DNA from: Lama guanicoe
Lineage: Eukaryota
NCBI GenBank assembly: GCA_013239625.1
Contig: MU053379.1
Location: 70,490 to 134,489, forward strand
Reading direction: 5' to 3'
Length of the DNA stretch: 64,000 nt
The notes beneath the pieces are model-generated. The model saw only the letters and a list, made by a program, of their open reading frames with translations, was not told the origin of the DNA and ran no database searches. Shown here piece by piece: positions 1 to 10,770 of this stretch. How positions within the stretch are numbered: position 1 is the first letter of the stretch; each line of letters opens with the position of its first letter. The translations under genes and the position numbers were made by a program.

Positions 1-416
1 TACAGCTTCCAGGCATAAAGAATTAAAAAGCACAAAACGTAGGTAATCATACACCCCCGATAGACTTAACAGTCCATCAGTATACACAGCACCCCTAAGG
101 GCAGGCACGAGTTACAGAGAAATTTTAGCTGGTACTGAAATCACCACCACGACAGGCAGTCACGGTAGTAAAGGAAACAAGCAACCACCACAGTGATCCT
201 GCATTTGGGTGGCCCGCCATCCTTCCCGGACCGTCTGCAGGTGGGCCTCAGGCAGGGAGGGCAGACGCCCTGCTAAGGTTTTCCAGGGCATAGTTTAAGT
301 CTTTTCTTTACCTGTGAGATCTAAAAAGAGACGCAACTCCTATAGGAGGAGAAGATGGGTCATTCTTAGCTCATCGTTGACGTTTTACTATTTATATTCA
401 ACCAATATTTATTAAA

Positions 417-803
417 TGCTAAAATTGACTGAGTTGTGCCCACCCCTCTCCAAATTCTATGTTGAAGCCCTAACTCCCAATATGACAAAATTTGGCAATA
501 GGGCCTATAAAGAGATAATTGCGTTTAAGTGAGGTAATAAGGATGGGGCCCTAAGTCAGTAGGATCAGTGTCCTTATAAGAAGAAGAAGAGAGACCAGGG
601 ATGTGTGAACATGAGACAAGGCCACGTGAGGACACAGCAAGAAGGCTGCCATCTGCAATCCAAGGAGGGAGGCCTCAGGAAAGCCCAGCCCTGCTGACAC
701 CTTCACCTTGGGCTTCCGTGCTCCGGAACTGTGAGGAAACACATTTCTGTTGCTTAGTCCCCAGTCTGCGGTGTTTTGTTATGACAGCCCTGGCAAACCA
801 ACA
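417..803 (+). mobile_element. MaLR LTR (MLT1A/B-like)
   Basis: Typical MLT1 motifs: gttgaagccctaactcccaa, gtgtccttataagaaga, tgttttgttatgacagccct...aaccaaca. Family from recalled consensus; ends approximate. Confidence 0.8.
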
Positions 804-879
804 CCTAATGAAGATGCTAGATGCTCTTACACGTTGTTTCATTAAATCATCACATGCAGAGGAACGCTGGGGCCATCTA

Positions 880-1768
880 TTACTGGCTTGTGAGAGCCAA
901 CTTGAAAAAGTTTTTAGCAGTTTTGTGCATTGGTTTTAAAAACTTCCATTATTAAAATGTAAGCTCTGTAAACTTAAAATGAAATAAATTATAGTTTTTA
1001 AAGGTGATGAATATGCAAAACCCATCTGTCAGCAGCCTTAAGTAAGTAGCCGTTGGGCCCAGGCCAAAGTTCACAATTGCTTGCACCTGGTAAGAGGTAA
1101 ATGTACGCCTACACTGGTAGCGTGAGTCAGACGCATGCGCGGGTAGTGTGAGTAAGCGCTATGAACAGTATGCATGTGCCAGTTATGTAAGCCTTAGGAA
1201 CAAATAAGTAAATGTACGCATGCGCTAGTAGTGTTATGTAAGCCTTATGAACAAAGAAATGAACAGTGCGCATGCACGGGCAAAACAGGTAAAAGCAGGA
1301 CAAATGTGCCACATGGGCGCGTGCCATCTTGTTGAACTAAAAGGAAGTGCTGAGTGCCACCGCCACGGCCACCCGCTGCACGCGCCACCCGGTTGTACTG
1401 GAATAAAGCGCTGTTTCGCTCCGCTCCTCGCGCAGTCTGTTTTGCGGCATGTCAGCTCCACGCGCCTGCTTCCAGTTGGGGCAGCTTACCTCTTCGGATC
1501 CCTCTTCAGCCTCCCTCGGCTGACACCATCACTTCCCGATTCTTTTACTACAATTTACTATTATCTATGTCCTTGAAGGTAAGTCTGTTGTGTGGAATGG
1601 TGGAAACACTACACAATGATACGCTACACAGGTTTGGTAATGCCAGGGTGGTAGTTTGAAATAGGCCAGGGTGGGGATTGACACCTTGGAAATTGGCAAA
1701 CAGTACAAATCAGATTTTTTTCCACCCCCAGAGAGCTAGTTGCTCAGCATTGACCAGCATATCCCTGA
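880..1768. mobile_element. Old hAT-type DNA transposon fossil (MER102/Arthur-like), split by the LTR at 1027-1525
   Basis: 3' part ttggaaattggcaaacagtacaaatcag...gagagctagttgctcagcattgaccagcatatccctg resembles a second copy at ~20000-20152. Family name and 5' boundary uncertain. Confidence 0.5.
1027..1525 (+). mobile_element. Young endogenous retrovirus solo LTR (499 bp)
   Basis: Inverted termini TGTCAGC...GCTGACA; perfect 5-bp TSD CCATC (1022-1026 and 1526-1530); AATAAA at 1402-1407; TATA-like ctaaaagg near 1337; about 30 CpGs by manual count. Confidence 0.9.
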
Positions 1769-1821
1769 GCGTAATCATCCCATAAAGGAGGTCATCTAAT
1801 TCCAGATTTGTAAGTAAGGAC

Positions 1822-1835
1822 NNNNNNNNNNNNNN
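1822..1835. other. Assembly gap (14 N)
   Basis: Run of N in the sequence. Confidence 1.
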
Positions 1836-2734
1836 GTTACTAAAGCTTAAGACTCAGGCAAGAACTAAGCCTCCAGGGCTCCTGCGTGATCCCGCACTGC
1901 CTGTCTGTGCACCCAGGAGGGGCTGCTGTAGCGCCTCGTCTCAGCCAGGCTGTCCAGCAGAAATCGGATTAAAAGGGGCTTGTGCACCGGGTGAAGGTCT
2001 AGACCCCGCCCCCTAACTGTCTCTGCCCAGCATGAGCATTGTGTAATTCTAATACCCAGTAGAATTAAGGCCGCTGGCTCTAAATCCCAAGACACTGGGA
2101 GAAAGCCGTGGGTGGAGTTCTCTTTTACAACCACAATTTGCGGACTGTTGTAAAGTACTTTAATTGCTCCTCAGTATAGGAGTTGCCTGTGTGTGTTTGC
2201 AGCATAGTCAGGACTAACGAGGAGCGGAGGGCTGAGTCCAGGCACCTGCAGAGTTGGTAACAGAAGCCCTGGTCATTCAGAGATGGATGTACTGAAATGT
2301 GGACTGAAGACACAGCAGGGAGTCTTCAGAATAACTCTCAGAGAAGCTTCTTTGATGAGCTGAGGCAATTCAGCAGCTTCTGCCCTGTGCATTCATGCTC
2401 GTAAATCACTCAGTTTTGCAGGCATTGCAAGACATCTCAAACGATGCAGTTAAAGGAAATGTGCTCGCTGCACTAGCATGAATGATCCACTGCCAGTAAT
2501 TTTGCTCAAGTACCTTTTTTAAGTGCATTTTAGAACTTTTCAAGTGCATTTTAAGGGAAATTTTGATTTTTGTTTTTGTTCATTGTTGGGTGCACATGCA
2601 TTTAAAAAGGCTAATTATTGAACCCCTCCAAAAAGAATCTTGCAGAAGTCATTTTCCGTGGAGAATATTCCCCAGGGGAACTTTGAAGACATTAAATGTC
2701 TTTTAACCTCGAAAACTGAGAGAGTCTAAAGCCC

Positions 2735-3050
2735 AGTTTATCTAGGCTGTGGGCGTGGAGCACCTGGAGAGCTTTGGAAATCCTAATGCCTCTGTCCCGC
2801 CACCCAGAGATGCGAACTGAAGTGGTCTGGTCTGAGTGTTTGGATTTTTTAAAGCTCTCCAGAAGCCATTTTTGGAAACCATTTTTCTAAAACTTTGCAT
2901 CTCAAAGTGTTGTTGATGCGTGCACCAGTGGCATCAGCCTCACCAGGGAGCTTATTAGAAACACAGAACTTTGCCCTAGCCACGCTGAATCAGTCTGCTT
3001 TTTGACATGATCTCTAGATGATTCAACTGTGCAGCCAAAGTTGAGATTGT
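2735..3050. mobile_element. MER5A-like hAT MITE fragments
   Basis: gcatcagcctcaccagggagcttattagaaacacagaact...gaatcag...ttgacatgatctctagatgattc, typical of MER5A. Confidence 0.65.
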
Positions 3051-4269
3051 CTAGAACCCAGAAAAAGAATGCTAGAAGCTGACCTCATGAAGGACATCGC
3101 CTGTCTTCCTTAACTCAGGCTAGAGATGGTCTTTTTTTCTCTCCTCCATATCTAGCTAGGTGCCATTTCCTGTTGATTTTCTTTTCAAATAAATCTCTCT
3201 TGTGTCTCGCAAGCTGGCTCCCGCCAGCCCCTTTCATCTTCCTTGTGGGCACCAGCTGAAATAAATCCTTTCACTACCTCTGCTCAGAAAATTTTAACAC
3301 ACTCCTATTTCCCATCATTTCAGATGTGAATTTCTCTGCCTGAATCCAAGGCCATCTCACATCTGGCTCCAGGTGACCTGTCTAACCTGATTTCCCCCGT
3401 ATGTCCCTCTCATGCCAGCTGGTCTTTTCACTAAGTCACAAGATGCCAGGCAGTTCCTCTTCATCTTGGCTCCTGGAAAGCCATTCCCTTGCCACCTTCC
3501 CTCTGCCTCTCCAAACCTCATTCACCTCTCAAGTTCACTTCCCTTTGCTCTGAATGCTTCCTGCACCTATATCCCCAATTGTTAGCTCCGCCTCTTCTCA
3601 CATCAGTCAATTTTCAGGCTCCGAGGACCAACTGGGCTGGAGCTCTAATACAGGGCTAAATGCACCCTGGAGATGAACTCAGCTGCTCTCTGCTCGGAAT
3701 AGTCCTGGCCTCTCTCCTCCCTCCCCCGAGGAAGCCACCCCAGCTGATTCTGCTCCATGACCACCCCAATGATGACCCCTTGCTCCCAGCATTTAGTTCA
3801 GGCCTGCTGGTTTTGCTTCTTCCATCAGACTAGGGGCCCTTAGGTTCAGTCCTGAAGTCTCTCTGGGTTCAGTGTTGTCATCACTAGGTTAGCAGGTGGG
3901 TCCCGGTGCCACCTGCGGGCAAGTCACCCTCCCAGGTAGTGGAGGTGGGTGGAGAGACATGGGGACAGAGATCATTCAAGGGATAATGATAATAATAACT
4001 TGCATGTGTGGTGGGCTATCTGTACGCTGAGCATGATTCTATGTGTTCTATATATTATTTCTTTATTTAGAAAAACTTTTTACTGTAAAATGAAACATAG
4101 ACACAGAAAATCAAACAAAACAAATAATGAACTATTATAAGGCAAATACCCTTCTGAACACCACTCAGATCAAGAAGCAGAACCTTCTGGTGATCCTAGG
4201 TACCCCTACCTGTCCCACCCTCATCAGAAACTCGTTTCCTTTCCCCCAAAAACAAACCCATTATTTTAA

Positions 4270-4790
4270 CTTTTTTGTGTATGTGGTAAAATACATATCA
4301 TAAAACTGACCTTTTTAAAGCATACAATTAAGTGGCATTAAGTACATTCACATCTTTGTGCAACCATCACCACTTTCCACCTCTGGAACTTACTCATTTT
4401 CCCCAACTGAGATTCTGTCCCCATTAAACAAAGCCCCGTTTCCCCTCCCCAGCCCCTGGCAACCAAGATTCTACTTTCTGTCTCTATGTATTCGACTACT
4501 CTGTGTCCTTCATATAAACTGACTCATTCAGGATTTGTCCTTCTGTTTCACTTAGCACAGTGTCTTTAGTAGGGTCCCTTCATGTTGTGTCCTGGGCCAG
4601 AATTTCCTTCCTTTTGAAGGCTGAATAATATTTCACTGTATGTATGCACTACGTGTTTTTTTTTCCTTTTTCAGTTGCATGTGCTGCATTTTGTTTATCC
4701 ATTCATTTGTTGATGGACACTTGGGTTGCTTCCACCTTTTGGCTATTGTGAATAATGCTGCTATGAACATGGGTGTACAAATATGTATCT
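4270..4790 (-). mobile_element. L1 (L1MB-like) 3' fragment
   Basis: Minus-strand ORF 4633-4833 contains the L1 ORF2 C-terminal motif CTPMFIAALFTIAKRWKQPKCPS, next to an L1M-type 3' UTR. Confidence 0.85.
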
Positions 4791-4904
4791 TGACTTTTAG
4801 AATAAACATTTTATTAATAGTTTTATTATCCAATCACACATTTGCAAGCACTTTCATTTGGTCTTGGCCATTCCTTACATTTTAATATTTCCTTTAATTC
4901 TCTC

Positions 4905-5354
4905 CCTTCTTTTTTTAACAGTAAAACAAAAAAGTTTATTTGCTCTTTAAATTTCATGGATTTAAATACACTCTATTTGATGTTGCTATGGAGTGAAAAC
5001 CTCCTTTAACCGCCACCCCCCCCAAAATAAGATGCTGAGTGTCTGCGAAAGGCTTAAAAAGTCAGATAAAGAACACAGAGGAGGGAATGAAACAACCTTC
5101 TGAAGACATCCCTGTCAAGGGAAAGCTGACTCCTCCCTGACCCTGAAGAACAGCCACAGGGAAATTCAAAGGCACGTTATCTGTCAGCCTCAGCACTTGG
5201 CCTGTCTACGCCTGTCCTGAGGAATTACTGGAGCATACGAATTTTCCCCTTTCTCCACGACCCACAGCTAAGGTTAGAACACACCAGCAGGCTGCAGACA
5301 CCCACGCGGGTGACTGCCTAGGATCCAGAGACTCCATTTCACAGCCAAAACCCC
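4905..5354 (-). pseudogene. 5'-truncated retrocopy of an unidentified mRNA 3' UTR
   Basis: 15-bp direct repeat TCCTTTAATTCTCTC at 4890-4904 and 5355-5369; T-run at ~4907-4916 (poly-A on the minus strand); minus-strand AATAAA (tttatt 4935-4940) about 19 nt before the tail; interrupts a MIR-like sequence. Confidence 0.8.
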
Positions 5355-6539
5355 TCCTTTAATTCTCTCTTAATATACACTTATAAAATGCTATTTCCTG
5401 TCCTGGAAAACTATGCAATAGGTATTATTCATGCCCCTATTATACAGATGAGGACACTGAGGCTTTTCAAGGCTAAAAAGCTAGAAGCTGCTGGAGCCAG
5501 AATTAAGATACAAATATATCAATTCCCGCAAATGCTTTTTCAACTACATGGCTCTTTTTTTTTTTTATAACTTTGGGTTCATGATATTAGCACAGCCATG
5601 CAAGACCCTAGACTCATATTAGTGTCACCTGGGCAGCTGTAAAAACAAAACCATGAAAAGGTCCCACCTTAAACCAATTAAATTTCTTGCTTGTCGAGCT
5701 CCAACATGTTTGAAAAACATCCAAGGGATCCTCGTAATGCATTAGCTCCTTCCTCAACCGCCTAAGGAAGCCTTGATTGTTTGATCAGCATGTACATTTC
5801 CATTCAGGACCTCCAATGGGGGGGAAAAACAAGAAGTACCACCAGCCATTGTAAATTAGAAAAAAAAAATCTCCATCAAAGCGGTCCCCCTGCACTTCAA
5901 ATATACCCCTATATATTTGATGAACCTAAGAGTCAGGCTTCAGTTGTCATAGCAACAGGGCAGGCGGGAGAGGAATGACTGAATGCACTGCCCTGGAAGC
6001 CTTAACTCCCCGCTCTGACATCCTGCAGTAAGCTGAGCCTTTCTTTCACCTATTCAGGCAAGTTATTGATTAACTGAGCCCTTCCAGGGCAGGTCTATGG
6101 GGACTGCTGTCTCAGGTACTTCTGCTGTGGTTGTCATGACCTGACCAATTAGGGCCAGGCAGGCACCCACTGGGTCACAGCCGGTCCTGGAGGAGTTGCA
6201 GTTCCAACTTCTTTCCCTTGAAGCAGTAGACCGAAGTGCACTTAGCGAGGATGAGGTCATGATTTATGGGATTTTGTGCAAAAACAGAAGTTAGGCTAAA
6301 TTGCCTAACAGTTTATGGTTACCTTCTCTTTAAGCAGCCATTCTTCAAAGAGATGCATTCCACGAGCCAACCATTCCTTGCTGGGGTAAGTAAACCATCT
6401 GCAAAAATAGCCACAATAATTCCCCTTGTGGGCTCCACACCTCCATGCAAGGTAACTTTGCAGCATCTTTTGTCAGGAGATGAAGGCCCTGAGTCCAGGC
6501 CGGTATTGGAACTCGTTTGGCCATTACAAGGTGGCAGAA

Positions 6540-6865
6540 CCAGCACCTGCTAGTTCCAAGCGTGGGGGTCAAGGGGTCTTACACTCTTCTTTTTTGCTCT
6601 CTTGGGATCCTTCCCATTACTACCATGAGAACAAGCCCAGGCCAGCCTCCTGGAGAATGAGACACCACGGGAAACAGACATGAGCATCTGAAGTACCTCT
6701 AGACCAGGCAACTCAGCCACTGACTGCAGATGCATGAGTGAGCCCAGCCAAGACCAGAGGAACAACCAGCTGAGCCCTAGACCCAGGGCTAACCCACACA
6801 GTCATAAGCCAAGTCAATGGTTATTGTTTTAAGCCACTACCTTGGGGGTGGTCTATTATACAGAA
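6540..6865 (+). mobile_element. Old MaLR LTR (MLT1 family)
   Basis: ccatgagaacaagcccaggccagcctcctggag ... ggttattgttttaagccact; boundaries approximate. Confidence 0.7.
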
Positions 6866-7199
6866 AAGTCATGTGTTGTGTATACATCCACTAACACAGT
6901 AAAATTTTTTATTTTTTATTAAGGATAAGTGACTGTCAAACGTTTCCTGGATGGATGCCTACTCTGATACAGAAAGAGATTCATCCCTGCCATTCAGAAA
7001 TTAATAGACATTTTTTGAATAATGAGGCACCTGGAGACTTTTGGCATTTGAACAAACTGACTGAGACTTGCTGAGGAGTCCTAAGAAACTCAAATTGCCA
7101 AAAAAAATTCCACTTGGCAGTGATCTGAATGTACTAGAGAGGAATCTGGGATTCACCAGTAGAGAAGTGATGAGTAAAGCTAAGGAAGTGAATAGAAAC

Positions 7200-7690
7200 T
7201 CTGAGAGGCAAAGCAGACAGTTTAGTTTGGGGTGGAGGCTGCTTCAGGTGGTATGGTCATAGAAAGTCTCTCAGATGAAGTGACTATTGAGCTGAGACCC
7301 AAAGGACAAGAAGGAATGATCATGGCTCAAGCCAAAGAATGAGGATTCCAAACAGAAAGGTCAACAAGTTCAAAGGCCCTGAGGTGAGGAGCTGGCTTAC
7401 TTGAGGAACAGAAAAGTTGGCATGACTGGAACAGGCTGATGGAGGGGAGTGCAGGAGAGGTGGCTGGAGAGGTAGGCAGGGGTCAGTCCTGTTGGCTGTG
7501 GTAGGTGATCTGGATTTTAAGTAAACACAATAAAGAGGAAGGTATTAGAAACGTAGCATAATCTGAGGTTGATTATGGCGAGCAAGAGTGCTGGCTGCAG
7601 TTAGGAAACAGGAAGTCTTGAGGAAGTTAACAGAGGCTTGGAAGGGATGGCAGGTGCGTGGAGAGAAGCGGATGAGTTTGGGGAATAGAA
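7200..7690 (-). mobile_element. L2 fragment
   Basis: gaaagtctctcagatgaagtgactattgagctgagaccc...caaaggccctgaggtgagg, typical antisense L2. Confidence 0.7.
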
Positions 7691-8299
7691 ACCAGTAAAT
7701 GAAGGAGGCACTTTCAGTCTTCAGAACTCGAGTATCACAAGCTTCTTACATGAACCAACATGCTATAAATACACAATGAAATGGATGTCATTAGAGGTGA
7801 ATTTTCACCTCATCATTTAAAAAATCCAAGTGGCGAGAAATGGGAAGTTGACTGAATTCCTCCCACTCTTCAGATCCTTTGAAGACTATGATGCTTCCAA
7901 AGGGAAATGAAATATACATACAGATTTGGCAACGAATGTTTCCAAATTTCCATTTATGGGCTGACTGAAATGGAGAGTGATTTTCCAAGTAGACATTTCT
8001 CTCCTTTCTTTGCAGAAGTTGGTGCTGATCAGTGATGTCATTACAGTAGAAACAAAGCGGCCAGTGTGATATGACCTGGACTGACAGTGAGTTGCTGTCT
8101 ATCCTGAGCGAGCAGGCAGTTGAAGACACCATTGACCACAGGACCTGCCTTTTGAGTGTGTGTTCTCTCTTCAGGGCTTTCTTTACGGCTAATCTGGTGT
8201 CATTTAGCATCATACTCCTTGAGCTCATGAAACAGTGTATCTGAAATGACAAACATTATATAAAATATTGTGATTAAAGCCATTTCTTTGGTTTCACTT

Positions 8300-8855
8300 T
8301 CATGGTATGCCTACCATGAACATGACTCTCATCGTGAGAAAACAACAAACCCAAATCAAGGGGTAACCAGTGTGTACTCTTCAAAATGTCAAGGTTGCAA
8401 AGAACAAAGAAAAGCTTGAGGAACTGTTCCAGATTAAAGAGAAATATATGCAATGTTTGACTGGAGATGAAAGAACATTACTGAGAGAACTGATGCGGGT
8501 TGAATATGGCCTGTACATCCAATAATAACATTGCACCAGTGTGAAATAGCCAGGATTCGGTAACTGTGTGGTAATGACAGAAGGGAATATCCTTCTTCAT
8601 GGACTATGTGGGCTGAGGTATTTAGAGGTAAAGGGTTATGATGTTTGAAATTCTGAAGTCGTTCAGCAAGAAAAAATGGGAAAAAATACATAATATTTTT
8701 ATATTTAATATAATATGGCATCATATTTTTGGTGAATTTTTACAAACAGTATACAGGTGTTCATTGCTTCATTTTTGAAACTCTTCCATGAGTTTGAAAT
8801 GCACCATTTAAATTGAACACTTAAAAAAGTTAAAAAAAAAAAAAGAAAAGAAAAA
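8300..8855 (+). mobile_element. L1MC-like 3' end with A-rich tail
   Basis: ctcttcaaaatgtcaagg...gaggaactgttccagattaaagaga, and an A-rich tail at ~8823-8855. Confidence 0.7.
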
Positions 8856-9445
8856 TCCGTTTTCCTTTACCTTGGGCAAACACCCAAATTAGGTATTTCT
8901 AACTGTGACTGCTCACACACGAGGAAACCACAGCAGCTCAAGGAGAAACGTGCCTGGGACTCACAGCAGAATGTTCTGGAATCGTTCTTGTCCAGACCTT
9001 TGAGGTGTTGATATCTGGACCTATTCTGTTGCGTGTACAGCCCCAGTTCTTCTGCCTTCTGGATTTTTGCAGCATCTTTCTGCTCTCCATCTGTGATTGT
9101 TCTCTGGTTTTCTCCCCTCAGCACCTCTTTTAATGTCTGAGGTTCTGATTCAGTTCCTCCGCTTAGACTAAGACAGTCCTGTTGAGCACCGTCTAGCTCT
9201 GCAGAGCGCTGGGAGAGGAACAGGGGTCCACCGTGTGGCTTGTCTGTTGGCAGGATCCCAGCCAGAGGTTCAGAAGCCACCACACCCTGGTCCACTCCTG
9301 CTCCTGTCTTTGCTACCTCTAGGCTGGAAGCGCCCCACATGTCACAGAAGTCCTCTCCTACATGGGTTTTCACTTTGTATGGTACAATCTTATTTTCCTT
9401 CAGATCTACCAAAAACACCTCTTCGTGTTTTCCATCCTGATTGTG

Positions 9446-9476
<31 letters not shown>

Positions 9477-10337
9477 TTTTTTATTGAAGTTATGTCAATT
9501 ACAATGTGTCAATTTCTGGTGTACAGCACAGTGTCCCAGTCATGCATATACATACATATATTTGTTTTCATATTTTATTTTTAAATATATATTTCTCCTT
9601 CAGTGTCTAAGATTGCGTAATTGGAAGAAGTTACCGAATATTGTCAGGAGCAGCCTCTCTCTGAATAGGCTTCAAACATTGTTCTCTTTTAAGTTTTGTT
9701 ATCAAAGAGCACAGGAAATAGTCTTGAATTTATTTATTACAAGGCATTATCTTTATTTTCTATCACAGTTATATTTCAGCTCCTTGAAAGCATATTGCAT
9801 TATAGAGATGCTCTTGTTAAAAAAGAAATCTTTTGAAGAATGCCGAGGGTTATCTTGGCAGAAATCCGCAGTACACAGATCTCTGGCTCCAAGAGACTAC
9901 AACACGCAGTCGTCCAGATAAATGACCCTGTGAGGGGAGGCACAATTCTGCATCTGCCAGGGCTGCGTGTGTGTGTGTGTGTGTGCACATGTGCAGGTGT
10001 GTATGCATGCATATGCTCTTAACACACAAGTTTTATTTGCAGTTTCATGTCAGTGACTAGTTATTGGCCAAGACTTGAATTGGGAAATAAATTAGGAAAT
10101 AAGTGTGAGGAGAACTTGTACCTGTCCCATTAGGAAGATTCTCCTGGGGAGAAAAGATAAAATATAACTTCCCCCTTTTCCTCCACAAAATAACAAATTC
10201 AGCATTAAGGTCTGCTCTCTTGTATGTAAAGTTTGGGTTTCAAATGCAGCCTCTGACCATTTACTCTGACTGGCAACAGTGCACTCTCCTCTCTTGCACT
10301 CATTTCTTCTATACTTATCATTTATTCCCATATTTCC

Positions 10338-10770
10338 TGTATTAGTTAATTTTTGCTTTGCAATGAAACACCCTGACTATTATGGGGGTTAAAACAACAA
10401 TCAGTTACTTTAGCTTAGGGGTTGACTGGGTGTTCTTCGGACCGGGTAAGGCTTAGGCTGAGCTCAGCTGGGCTCACTCATGCATCTGTGGTCAGCTGGT
10501 GATTTGACTGAGGGCTGCCTGGCCACTGGCTGCAGTGATGGGGAAGCTGGTCTGATTGGTCCACGTGTCTCTCAGCATCCAGCAGGTCAGCTTCTGCTCC
10601 TGCACGTGGGGCTGGGCTACAGCAGCCGAAAGGGTAAAACTCAAAGCATGAGACCCCCTGGGACTCAGCCAGCCTCACTCTTGTTAATGTCCCACTGCTT
10701 GAAGCCAGTCACAAGGTCAAGAATATACTCAAGGGGTGAAAGAATGAAAGAATTTGTGGCCGTTTTGCAA
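10338..10770 (-). mobile_element. Old MaLR LTR (MLT1 family)
   Basis: tgtattagtta...ggttaaaacaacaat (reverse of the MLT1 3' end) ... ccacgtgtctctcagcatccagcagg. Confidence 0.65.

Noticed and set aside
7791..8252. 153-aa minus-strand ORF and a nearby acceptor-like tract at ~7995-8014
   Set aside because: No homology recognised and no matching exon structure.
9235..9921. 228-aa ORF
   Set aside because: Runs through a (TTTA)n tail and an antisense L1 3' end (~9445-9580); no recognisable protein.
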